The position numbers were made by a program, and so were the translations under genes. Below the pieces are notes generated by a model. That model did not search any database and had not been told where the DNA came from. It worked only from the letters and a program-made list of their open reading frames with translations. Source: Patescibacteria group bacterium (GTDB lineage Bacteria > Patescibacteriota > Patescibacteriia > JAQUQO01). Taken from it: a stretch of DNA of 64,000 nucleotides. How positions within the stretch are numbered: the stretch's first letter is position 1; each line of letters starts with the position of its first letter. Shown here in pieces: positions 19,628 through 28,155 of the stretch. The DNA is taken from NCBI GenBank assembly GCA_028716045.1, contig JAQUQO010000001.1:128942-192941 (forward strand), written 5' to 3'.

Positions 19628-19656
19628 ATTTTATCTGAAAATTCAAAGTAGGTCAA
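19628..19656 (-). promoter_or_regulatory. sigma70 promoter, TTGACC-17-TAAAAT, for the 56-aa peptide gene
   Basis: Minus-strand read: cttgacctactttgaattttcagataaaat. Confidence 0.45.
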
Positions 19657-19739
19657 GAGCGCGGTCGCAGTATCTGATTTCAAGGCGGGAGAAATTTAAA
19701 AGCCACCGGTTTTCCCAGCGGCTTTTATTTTTTCGTTTC

Positions 19740-20033
19740 CTATTCCAGATAACTGAAAGCTTTCAGTTGCTCCGGAGTGAATTTTTTGCTCATCTTGGCG
19801 AGCCCATAAGCGCGCCGCCGTTTTTCAATTGACTTTGTGTCTTTGAAACCGTGGAGCATAGATGCGGCCGTAAGGGGGTTTTGCTTCTTAAAATAATCAA
19901 AAGCTTCATTTGCCTCTTCACCCCATTCCCCGCTCATCGTGGCTTTGACAATAATATCAAACAAGCGATTTTCCTTGGCAGAGGTTGCGGCTGCAGCGCC
20001 CTTGGCCTTTTCTTTTCTTTTTAGTTTAGTCAT
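19740..20033 (-). CDS. hypothetical small protein
   Basis: 97 aa ORF under the duplicated consensus promoter. Confidence 0.45.
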   Translation of the reverse strand: MTKLKRKEKAKGAAAATSAKENRLFDIIVKATMSGEWGEEANEAFDYFKKQNPLTAASMLHGFKDTKSIEKRRRAYGLAKMSKKFTPEQLKAFSYLE

Positions 20034-20078
20034 TTTTACTCCTCCCTTTATTCAATTTTCAATTATATTTAACTAAAA

Positions 20079-20107
20079 ATTATAGCATATTTTAACAATT
20101 TTGTCAA
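20079..20107 (-). promoter_or_regulatory. sigma70 promoter, TTGACA-17-TATAAT (perfect consensus). The -35 box and spacer are identical to the promoter at 7307-7335.
   Basis: Minus-strand read: cttgacaaaattgttaaaatatgctataat. Confidence 0.6.
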
Positions 20108-20133
20108 GACCCGTCAGTCGCGACTGACGGGTC
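20108..20133. promoter_or_regulatory. perfect 26-bp palindrome GACCCGTCAGTCGCGACTGACGGGTC abutting the -35 box. Member of a three-copy family.
   Basis: It is its own reverse complement. The variant at 51730-51755 (gacccgtcggtcgcgaccgacgggtc) differs only at symmetric positions, i.e. compensatory changes. A degenerate copy sits at 52168-52193. Confidence 0.5.
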
Positions 20134-20397
20134 AAGCGGTTATAGCCGAAATTTGGCTAAGATTAAGGATATTTTTGCCATTAGTTTGTTTAAAAATAAA
20201 AAGACGGGCCTGTCGTTTTGGAAACAGGCCCGAGGGAAATAACGCCGGGAGAGGAGGAAAACCGGCGAATAAGGGGTTTTTGATGAGATTTTTTATCTCT
20301 TATTTGGGAGTATAACACAGATGTTAAATATAGTCAAGCGCTCGTTCGCAAGAGAGCATTGAAGGAAAAGCTTGATTATGTTAGAATATCTCTAACT

Positions 20398-21729
20398 ATG
20401 TTTTCAGCGCGATATTATTACAAAATCATAACCTTAGGTTGTCAGATGAATAAAAGCGATTCAGAGAGAATCGCCTCGCTGGTGGAGGCTCTCGGTTATA
20501 AAGAAGCGGAAGATATAGATTCCGCTGATTTAATAATTTTCAATACTTGCTCTGTGCGCCAAACGGCGGAGGACAGAGTACTTGGCAGGAACAGGGATTT
20601 TCGTCGGTTAAAAGAGAAAAATCCGCGATTGGTAATTGCCGTGACTGGTTGTATGGCTGGGCGAGATGGGGACGGGCAAATCAAAAAAAGATTGCCGGAA
20701 GTGGATTTATTTTTCCCGACCAAAGATTTAATTTATTTACCGAAATGGCTTCGCGAATTTCATCCGGAACTTTGCAACACCGGCGATAAACTAGTTGATT
20801 ATCTAAAAATAGAGTCGCGTTACAATTCATCGTTTCAAGCGTTTGTGCCGATTAGTAACGGGTGTAATAATTTTTGTACTTATTGCGTGGTGCCGTATAG
20901 TCGGGGCAGGGAAGTATATCGGCCAGTTAAGGATATTTTGAGTGAAATCAAAGATTTAGATTCCCGGGGCTATAAAGAAATAACTCTATTGGGACAAGTG
21001 GTTAATCGTTATTTGCCAGCAGATGAGGAAAATTTTTCAAAAAATAATCCTTACCAAGACAATTTTGCGCGTTTGCTTTGGGAGATAAATCAATTTCCAA
21101 ACATCAAAAGAATCCATTTTACCGCCGCTGACCCGCGCGATATGAACGACGAGATTATTGACGCCCTGACTTTGCCTAAACAAGTCAATTATCTTCATTT
21201 GCCCGTGCAATCCGGCGATAATGAAATATTAAGGCGCATGAATCGTAATTATACCCGCGAGGATTATTTAAGCGTTGTTAAAAAGTTGCGGGAGAAAAAA
21301 CCGGAAATTGCCCTAGGCACTGATATTATTGTCGGATTTTGCGGCGAAAACGAGGGGGCCTTTCAAAATACAGTGGATTTATACAAACAAGCGGATTTTG
21401 ATATTTCCTATACGGCGATGTATTCGGAGAGGACAGGAACAGTGGCTGCTAAGACGTTAAAAGATGATGTTTCTCGCGAGGAGAAGAAGCGTCGTTGGGA
21501 AATTTTACAGAAGTTGATGGAAGAAACAGTTTTAAGAAAAAATCAAAAATATGTTGGCAGAAAAGTGTCAGTTTTGGTTGATAAATATGAAAACGGATTT
21601 TGCTACGGCAATTCCAGCGAAATGAAATTAGTGGAATTTCCGAGCGGTGAGGATTTAACTTCTAAGATAGTTGGTGTTAAGATAGAAAAAGCGGAGGAGT
21701 GGATTTTGCGGGGAGAGTTAGACAAATAA
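20398..21729 (+). CDS. miaB: radical-SAM methylthiotransferase, MiaB-like (tRNA i6A37 methylthiolation). Start chosen at the internal MFSARYYYK.
   Basis: MTTase N-domain cysteines (LGCQMN..FNTCSVR..TGCMAG). Radical SAM SNGCNNFCTYCVVP. C-terminal TRAM domain. Adjacent miaA supports the assignment over RimO. Confidence 0.7.
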   Translation: MFSARYYYKIITLGCQMNKSDSERIASLVEALGYKEAEDIDSADLIIFNTCSVRQTAEDRVLGRNRDFRRLKEKNPRLVIAVTGCMAGRDGDGQIKKRLPEVDLFFPTKDLIYLPKWLREFHPELCNTGDKLVDYLKIESRYNSSFQAFVPISNGCNNFCTYCVVPYSRGREVYRPVKDILSEIKDLDSRGYKEITLLGQVVNRYLPADEENFSKNNPYQDNFARLLWEINQFPNIKRIHFTAADPRDMNDEIIDALTLPKQVNYLHLPVQSGDNEILRRMNRNYTREDYLSVVKKLREKKPEIALGTDIIVGFCGENEGAFQNTVDLYKQADFDISYTAMYSERTGTVAAKTLKDDVSREEKKRRWEILQKLMEETVLRKNQKYVGRKVSVLVDKYENGFCYGNSSEMKLVEFPSGEDLTSKIVGVKIEKAEEWILRGELDK

Positions 21730-21912
21730 AAAGCCCAACAAGTGATCGTTCCGCGAAAAGGAGGTTAACGCGAAAGTAATCAGGGGAACTCCGCATGGCG
21801 GAATTACTTGGCTTGTCGGGCTAGATTTATAGGTTACCCTAAGAATTTAGGGTTTTGGGTATTAAAAAATGTGCTTTTAGATTACCTCATAGCATAGCAG
21901 ATATCTTAAATT

Positions 21913-22842
21913 ATGTCAATCCTGCCTAAAATTATCGTCATTTTGGGTCCAACTGCTTCGGGCAAAACCGGGCTGTCTTTGAAATTGGCCAAAAAGTTTA
22001 AAGGCGAAATTATTTCCGCCGATTCCCGGCAGGTTTATAAATATATGAATATCGGCACGGCCAAAGAGCCGGGAAAATGGGAAAAGATTGGCGGTAAAAA
22101 AGTGTACGTGGCCGGAGGAATCCGGCATTATGTTATTGATTTTTTAGAGCCGGATAAAATCTTTAGCGCCGGGTCTTTTAAGAAAGAAGCGTTAAAAAAT
22201 ATTTACGATATTTTAAAAAGAGGCAAGATGCCGTTTATCGCCGGCGGCACGGGGCTTTATATTTCTGCTATTGCGGATAATTTATCTTTTGCCGAGACAG
22301 AATCATTGCCGGAATTGCGGCAGGATTTAGAGAAAAAAACTTTGGGAGAATTAGTTAAACTTTTAAAAAAGTTTGACCTTAAGGCCTACAAAAAAATTGA
22401 CCTGAAAAATAAGAGGAGAGTGGTGCGGGCGTTGGAAGTGGCAATGGTTACCGGCAAATCCTTCGTGGAGCAGAGAAATAAAGGTAAGAAACTTTTTAAT
22501 GTTTTAAAAATCGGCATTAAGATGCCGCGAGAGAAGTTATACGATAGAATCAATAAACGCGTGGACGAGCAGATAAAAGCGGGGTTGCTTCAAGAAACAA
22601 AAAAGTTGGTTAAAAAAGGTTTCGGTTGGGGATTGCCGGCCATGAGCGGGATTGGTTATAAACAAATGGGAATGTATTTGCGCGGGGAAGTTTCATGGGA
22701 CGAAGCCGTGAGAATTTTGAAGCGCGATACCCGCCACTATGCCCGCCGGCAGATGATTTGGTGGAGGAAGGACAAAAGGATAAAATGGGCAAAGGATTAT
22801 AAAAAAGCCGAGAGATTAGTAAAAAGGTTTTTAGCGAGATAG
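21913..22842 (+). CDS. miaA: tRNA dimethylallyltransferase
   Basis: 309 aa. P-loop GPTASGKT. SADSRQVYKYMNIGTAK is the MiaA signature. Confidence 0.85.
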   Translation: MSILPKIIVILGPTASGKTGLSLKLAKKFKGEIISADSRQVYKYMNIGTAKEPGKWEKIGGKKVYVAGGIRHYVIDFLEPDKIFSAGSFKKEALKNIYDILKRGKMPFIAGGTGLYISAIADNLSFAETESLPELRQDLEKKTLGELVKLLKKFDLKAYKKIDLKNKRRVVRALEVAMVTGKSFVEQRNKGKKLFNVLKIGIKMPREKLYDRINKRVDEQIKAGLLQETKKLVKKGFGWGLPAMSGIGYKQMGMYLRGEVSWDEAVRILKRDTRHYARRQMIWWRKDKRIKWAKDYKKAERLVKRFLAR

Positions 22843-22919
22843 CCATTGCTTGATTTTTAGAAATTTGTTATTATAAAAGCAGAACATTGAAATTTAAAAA
22901 AATGTGAAAGGAGACACAA

Positions 22920-23075
22920 ATGAGTGGCAGATATAAGACAGTGGAAGAAATAAAAAAGGAAATAAGGAAGAGATCAGGAGGGAAGGTGGGTCCGGAGGCG
23001 GAAAAGTTTTTGGAGCAGCGTGGAACTGTTCCCCATTTTCATTCTAGTTTTAATTATACGGAGGAGGAATTTTAG
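22920..23075 (+). CDS. small hypothetical protein (51 aa), not in the ORF track
   Basis: SD aaaggagacacaaATG. Hand translation MSGRYKTVEEIKKEIRKRSGGKVGPEAEKFLEQRGTVPHFHSSFNYTEEEF. An acidic 28-aa TTG-start ORF with its own GAGGAGG SD may follow at ~23080-23165. Confidence 0.3.
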   Translation: MSGRYKTVEEIKKEIRKRSGGKVGPEAEKFLEQRGTVPHFHSSFNYTEEEF

Positions 23076-23184
23076 GAAATTGAACAAAATTTATGAAGAG
23101 CAGAAAGAGAAGGTGTATCAAGAGCTTCTTAATGAAACCGGCGAGGATGAGAAGGATGAAAATTAAGCAGCGCAGCCTTATTTA

Positions 23185-23224
23185 ACAGTCCGGGTAAATA
23201 TCCGGGCTGTTTTTATTTTTTTAA
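23185..23224 (+). terminator. rho-independent terminator (bidirectional context)
   Basis: acagtccgg-gtaaatat-ccgggctgt followed by ttttatttttttaatt. Confidence 0.5.
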
Positions 23225-23255
23225 TTGAAATTCATGGTAGTACCGGTAAGCCATT

Positions 23256-24251
23256 TTATATTAATATCTCTCTATTGGAAGGGAAAACTATGCAGTTGCG
23301 GATATCCGATTCTCCCAAAATCCACTGCGACACTCTGGCCAGCCCGATGCCGCAGCCGGCATGCGGCACATTGCCATGTTTTTCCAGCTGTTCTATATAC
23401 CAGGCAAAATCGTTGATGCTTCCGCCCTTTTCCAATAATCTTCTGAACATCCGCGAATTTTTTAATCTTTTTTGCAGGGTGTCCGCATCATAAATTCTCG
23501 CCGCAGCGCCAACCGATTCGCCGCCGTAAGGTAGTATCAGGTCAGTGGAAAGCACCCGCCCGGGATTTTCTTTGTCCGGTATCATATTGAAGAATTTTTC
23601 CACCTCAATATTTTTTTTGAAATCATACATCGGGTCGGGGAAGCGGGTGATAAACAGTGGCTGGTCGCCGAAATATTCCACGAGTTTTTGCTCTTCTAAA
23701 CTCGAAATGTCGTCGCCCCATTCTTTTTTAAATCCAAGTTTGATGAGCAGTTTTATCGCTTCGTCGTAAGTGATTTCGTTAAAAATTTCCGGGCACTTAT
23801 TTAATCTTTCCGTGGTCGGGCCATCCAGCCCGATTTTTTCTTTATGTTTTGCCACGCCCACGGCGATGTTATGGATTATCCCCGCTATTTCTTTAAGCAA
23901 GCCATGGAAGTCGGTTTCCAGTTCAATTTCCAGCATTTGGAATTCGGTTAAGTGGCGCGCGTCGGCTTTGGGTTCGGCGCGGAAGCTTGGGCCGGCGCAA
24001 AAGACCTTTTTAAATTTCGGCACCATGGCTTCAAGGTAGAGCTGGCCGGTTTGAGCGAGATATCCTTTTTGGCCGCAAAACCAGCGGTCGTCATCTTCAA
24101 CCTTGACTTCAAAAAGCGTATTGATATTTTCGCAGGCGCCGCTCGCCCGCACAATGCGCGGCACCATGATTTCCGTGTAGCCGTTTTGTTCCAAATACTC
24201 GCGTCCGGATTTGATGATTTGATGGTTGAGTTTGACTAAGGTTTGGTTCAT
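23256..24251 (-). CDS. asnA: class II aaRS catalytic-core paralog, AsnA-like (aspartate--ammonia ligase / archaeal-type asparagine synthetase)
   Basis: 331 aa with no anticodon-binding domain. Motif 2 FRAE...TEFQMLE. Motif 3-like GCGIGLARV. Length matches AsnA. Confidence 0.55.
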   Translation of the reverse strand: MNQTLVKLNHQIIKSGREYLEQNGYTEIMVPRIVRASGACENINTLFEVKVEDDDRWFCGQKGYLAQTGQLYLEAMVPKFKKVFCAGPSFRAEPKADARHLTEFQMLEIELETDFHGLLKEIAGIIHNIAVGVAKHKEKIGLDGPTTERLNKCPEIFNEITYDEAIKLLIKLGFKKEWGDDISSLEEQKLVEYFGDQPLFITRFPDPMYDFKKNIEVEKFFNMIPDKENPGRVLSTDLILPYGGESVGAAARIYDADTLQKRLKNSRMFRRLLEKGGSINDFAWYIEQLEKHGNVPHAGCGIGLARVSQWILGESDIRNCIVFPSNREILI

Positions 24252-24275
24252 AGCGTTTTATTATTATTTATAAAA

Positions 24276-24518
24276 AATCCCCTCCATTTTACGGAGGGGA
24301 ATGGGAATTCGCGGGAATTAATTTTAGATATTTTCCCCCTTTGAAAAAGGGGGAAGTAAAGGGGGATTTAAAAATCTTAAATCCCTCCCCCCAATCTCGA
24401 GTACTCGAGATTGGGGTACTCCCCTTATTAAGGGGAGAGAAATATTTTTTATAAAGTCGGGAGATTGGCTGAGAATTTAACCTATAAAAAAAATCTCCCC
24501 GCTCGGGGGAGATTTTTC
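24276..24518. repeat. cluster of six GC-rich hairpins (CCCC..GGGG family)
   Basis: cccctcc-atttta-cggagggg. ttccccctt-tgaaa-aagggggaa. gggatttaa-aaatc-ttaaatccc. ccccaatctcgag-tac-tcgagattgggg. ctcccctta-t-taaggggag. aaatctcccc-gctc-ggggagattt. The 89-aa minus ORF overlapping this region is probably spurious. Confidence 0.6.
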
Positions 24519-24770
24519 CTCGGTATGTAAATATCTTTTTTGGATAATAGATAATCATATTCTAAGAATTAAGGATATCACGTTGGTACAGATTGTCAAA
24601 ATTTGCTAAGGTTAGCTAATTTTTAAAGAGTTATCCACAAAGTGCTGAGTATTAATTAATATCGTCAGAAACGGTAGTTTATGAAAGTTTAAGTTAACTT
24701 GTTGACAAAGTTTACCGCTTTTGTTAAATTATAAGACAGCTTTTATTGTTTAAATAGTCAGGAGGTAAAA

Positions 24771-24989
24771 ATGGGTAGTGTTCTTTGGGAATTTGCTGAA
24801 AATGTCGCTTTGTTAATTTGCGGTGAAAACACTGAAGAAGTTGAGAAAGCGAGAATAAATCAAAGAAAATTGATTGCCGGAGCAACCGACGGGGAGTTGA
24901 AAAACATCGCCATGATGTTTAGCTACGGGCGACCAATTGAAGCGGTTTTTGAAAATTTAAAGAAAACTCGCGAAAAGTTCAAAAAATAA
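24771..24989 (+). CDS. hypothetical small protein
   Basis: 72 aa. SD aggaggtaaaaATG. A TTGACA-containing promoter at ~24696. A terminator follows. Confidence 0.4.
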   Translation: MGSVLWEFAENVALLICGENTEEVEKARINQRKLIAGATDGELKNIAMMFSYGRPIEAVFENLKKTREKFKK

Positions 24990-25008
24990 TTTAATATGTA
25001 GCCGCCTT

Positions 25009-25040
25009 AAAAGAGGAGCAAAATTACTCCTCTTTTTTAA
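25009..25040 (+). terminator. rho-independent terminator (also serves the convergent gatB)
   Basis: aagaggag-caaaatta-ctcctctt followed by a T-run. Confidence 0.55.
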
Positions 25041-25047
25041 TATGGTT

Positions 25048-26589
25048 TTAATTCAGTTTTATCTTTATCATCTCCGCCACTTTTTGCGCGTTGGCGCGGC
25101 CCTTGGTTTCGCGCATCACCATACCGACAAGAAATTGTAAAATAGGTTCTTTGCCGTTTTTAAACTCGGCAACTTGTTGAGGATTATTTTTTATCACTTT
25201 ATCAATAATTTTTTCCAATTCATCGCTATTATCAATCTGCTCCAATCCTTTTTCTTCAATGGCGTGCGAAGGGTCGATGCCGGTTTTGAACATCATCTCT
25301 AAAACAGTCTGGGCGGTGGTAGTATTTAATTTGTTTTGATAAATCAAAGTGATAAATTCCGCAAAATTTTCCGGAGTGATTTTCGACTCTCGGGCGGTAA
25401 TTTTAGAGTCATCAAGAAGTTTTACAAAACGGTTGACGAGCCAGCCGCTTAAAATTTTTATCAACCTCTTTTTATTTTTATTCCAGATTTCTTCCGCCGT
25501 CCCTTCTATCTCCGGCAAATTATCCAGCCAATCCTTTAGTTCCGAGATTACCTCTTCAGTGTATTCTGACAGTTCTTTATCATTGACGATAATTCGCGCG
25601 TCGGCGGAAGTAAAACCGTATTCCTCGGCAAATCGTTCCCGCTTGGCCGCCGGCAATTCAGGCAGGCTATTTTTTACTTCTTTCAAAAGTTTTTTTAAAT
25701 TAAGCGGCGGCAGGTCCGTCTCGGGCATATAACGATAGTCGTGAGCCTCTTCCTTACCCCGTTGTTCTTCGGTCATTTGTCTTTCATCATTCCAGCCGCG
25801 TGTGGTTTGAAATTTTGGTGGTTGCCCCTTTTTCCAAAGTTCGGTCTGCCGTTTGATTTCGTAATCCAAAGCGCGTTCCACTGAACGGAAGGAGTTCATG
25901 TTTTTTATTTCCGTTTTAGCGGAAAGAGGGGAAAGCGTCGGCCGTTCTTTCTTATCAATTTTTATTTCCCGCAAAGAGATATTGGCATCGCAACGAAGCT
26001 GGCCTTTTTCCATATCGGCGTCGGAAACATCCAAATAACGCATTAGCAGGCGCAATTCTTGGAGGAAAATCTTGGCTTCTTCCGGTGAGCGAAAATCCGG
26101 CTCAGTGACTATTTCCAAAAGCGGGGTTCCGGAACGGTTGAAATCAACGAGCGACGATTCATTTTTTTGGTCGTGTACCAGCTTGGCAGCGTCTTCTTCC
26201 AAATGAATGCGCGTTAAATTTATTTTTATTTCGCGCGGTTCTTTTTCCTCGCGGTCGAAAATTCTAAAAGTCAGATATCCGCCGGCGGCAATGGGCTGGT
26301 CAAATTGAGAAATCTGATAACCCTTGGGCAGGTCCGGATAAAAATAATTTTTGCGGTCAAATTTAGAAAATTCAGCAATCTGACAATTTAAAGCCAGCCC
26401 GGCCAAGAGGCCGAATTTCAAAGCTCCCAAATTAAGCACCGGCAAAGCTCCGGGCTGACCAGTGCAGACGGGGCAGATATTGGTGTTAGGAGGGGCGCTG
26501 TCTCCCGCGTTCGGGCAGGAGCAGAACATTTTGCTTTTAGTTTTGAGCTGGACGTGAATTTCCAGCCCAATAACCGGTTGGAGATTCAT
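25048..26589 (-). CDS. gatB: Asp/Glu-tRNA(Asn/Gln) amidotransferase subunit B
   Basis: 513 aa. N-terminal MNLQPVIGLEIHVQLKTKSKMFC motif, conserved Cys/His cradle and a C-terminal GatB/YqeY tail. About 30 aa longer than typical. Confidence 0.9.
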   Translation of the reverse strand: MNLQPVIGLEIHVQLKTKSKMFCSCPNAGDSAPPNTNICPVCTGQPGALPVLNLGALKFGLLAGLALNCQIAEFSKFDRKNYFYPDLPKGYQISQFDQPIAAGGYLTFRIFDREEKEPREIKINLTRIHLEEDAAKLVHDQKNESSLVDFNRSGTPLLEIVTEPDFRSPEEAKIFLQELRLLMRYLDVSDADMEKGQLRCDANISLREIKIDKKERPTLSPLSAKTEIKNMNSFRSVERALDYEIKRQTELWKKGQPPKFQTTRGWNDERQMTEEQRGKEEAHDYRYMPETDLPPLNLKKLLKEVKNSLPELPAAKRERFAEEYGFTSADARIIVNDKELSEYTEEVISELKDWLDNLPEIEGTAEEIWNKNKKRLIKILSGWLVNRFVKLLDDSKITARESKITPENFAEFITLIYQNKLNTTTAQTVLEMMFKTGIDPSHAIEEKGLEQIDNSDELEKIIDKVIKNNPQQVAEFKNGKEPILQFLVGMVMRETKGRANAQKVAEMIKIKLN

Positions 26590-26647
26590 AACTTATGAAT
26601 TGACTTCGGCTGACGGATTATCGCTTTCAGTTTTGCCCATTTATTAA

Positions 26648-27388
26648 TTATATATTTGGTGTACTTGTTTCCGAAACAGCGGGGGCGGAAGCTTTATATT
26701 TTTTAACCTCCATAAAAAGAATTACTCCGGCGGCAGCCAAAAGCGGAGTGGCTATGACAGAGAGGATGTTATTTATTACCATGCCGATAACAGTGGTTAG
26801 CTCGTTCGTTCCGGCAAAGAAATAAATAAGCTCCATGGCCGCTCCGCCCACTATCATGCCGATAACAATATAAAAAAGTCCGGGGAGCACCCATCTCCAA
26901 AATATTTTCCACCAGTTGCCTTTCACTAAATCTTTGCTTGATTTTAATGATTCCAAAATGGTTTTATTTTCCAAAATGATAAAATAAAGGCAAAAAGAAA
27001 ACCAAACGTAAAAAATTATAGCGGGTATAACTAATAAAATCACACCGCCCAAAGTCAGCCAAGAAACCACCATAGAGCCGGCAAATACAACCCAAAATTT
27101 CCCCCAAGATTTTTGAAAATCCTCTTTCAGATTAACCGTTTCGTTTTTATAAAAGCCGACCAGTGATTTCATCAGAACGATGTTTGTCAAAATGCTTACC
27201 ACCCCGATTAAAATCCCCAAGATAGCCAAAATAACAGAGGCCCAGACGCTAACCCCCAAAAGAGGAGAAAAGGAAAGAAGCAGAGTGGCGATAAGCAGAT
27301 AGACGACGATTTTTGAGATGTTTTTAAGATTCTTGGTGACTAATTGCCACGCCGCGACAATCAATGACCAAATGCCGATTAATTCCAT
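26648..27388 (-). CDS. hypothetical polytopic membrane protein
   Basis: 246 aa with about 6 TM helices. Confidence 0.45.
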   Translation of the reverse strand: MELIGIWSLIVAAWQLVTKNLKNISKIVVYLLIATLLLSFSPLLGVSVWASVILAILGILIGVVSILTNIVLMKSLVGFYKNETVNLKEDFQKSWGKFWVVFAGSMVVSWLTLGGVILLVIPAIIFYVWFSFCLYFIILENKTILESLKSSKDLVKGNWWKIFWRWVLPGLFYIVIGMIVGGAAMELIYFFAGTNELTTVIGMVINNILSVIATPLLAAAGVILFMEVKKYKASAPAVSETSTPNI

Positions 27389-27394
27389 AATTTT

Positions 27395-28123
27395 TTATTT
27401 ATTTATAAATTGTTCCCAAAGTTTCAGGGTTTGTTCCCTTGTTTCTTCCAAAGTCGTTTCAGTATCAAGATAAACCACTTGGCTGCCGTGTTTTTCCAAT
27501 AAATCTTTAAGTTCTGCCGAGCGGTAAACTTTGTCTATCTTAGTGAGAAAAGGTAGTTTTTCAAACAGAGAATTATCCTGTTTCTCCGTCCGTTTGCCAA
27601 GCCGTTCTATGGCGGTCTCTGGTTTCAAAATCGGAATAATAAGAAGATTGGGGGAATGCTCTAAAGCCAGCTTGTTTCCCGGCAATTCCATTATTTTTTC
27701 TAAGGGATAGCCATTTTCCTGCGCCGGCTGGTAAACAAAAGAAGAAACAAAACTTCTTTCCTGCAGAATTATTTTTCCGGACTCAAGGAGCGGTAGGTGG
27801 ATTCTTTTGTAAAGTATTTCGCGGTCCAAGGCAAAGGCCTGGGCAATGGTTTCCGCCGAATAACTTCGGCCGTTCTTTTTGACCAGTTCTTCGCGGATGG
27901 CGGCGCCGGCCAGGGCGAAAGTCGGTTCAGCGGAAATAATGACGTGATAATTTTTCAAATCCTCAGCTTCGGGGAAATTTTTCTTTTCCTGCCAGTATCT
28001 TTTGAGGTCAAAAATACTGCATTCGTGCTTGGCGCACCAGTCGGCGATGGTATTAATGATTGTCCCTTTGCCGCAGCCGTCAATGCCATCGGCAACGATG
28101 AATTTACCTTTCATATTTTTCAT
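27395..28123 (-). CDS. tmk: thymidylate kinase-like P-loop kinase
   Basis: 242 aa. P-loop ADGIDGCGKGT, similar to the Tmk xGxDGxGKxT. Adjacent to thyX. Confidence 0.55.
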   Translation of the reverse strand: MKNMKGKFIVADGIDGCGKGTIINTIADWCAKHECSIFDLKRYWQEKKNFPEAEDLKNYHVIISAEPTFALAGAAIREELVKKNGRSYSAETIAQAFALDREILYKRIHLPLLESGKIILQERSFVSSFVYQPAQENGYPLEKIMELPGNKLALEHSPNLLIIPILKPETAIERLGKRTEKQDNSLFEKLPFLTKIDKVYRSAELKDLLEKHGSQVVYLDTETTLEETREQTLKLWEQFINK

Positions 28124-28155
28124 TTTATCACTTTATATTTTGTCCGCCCAACAAT

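Noticed and set aside
24289-24558. 89-aa minus-strand ORF
   Set aside because: It lies entirely over the GC-hairpin repeat cluster. Its composition, full of Gly, Pro and Lys from G/C runs, is a repeat artefact, and it has no start-site signals.
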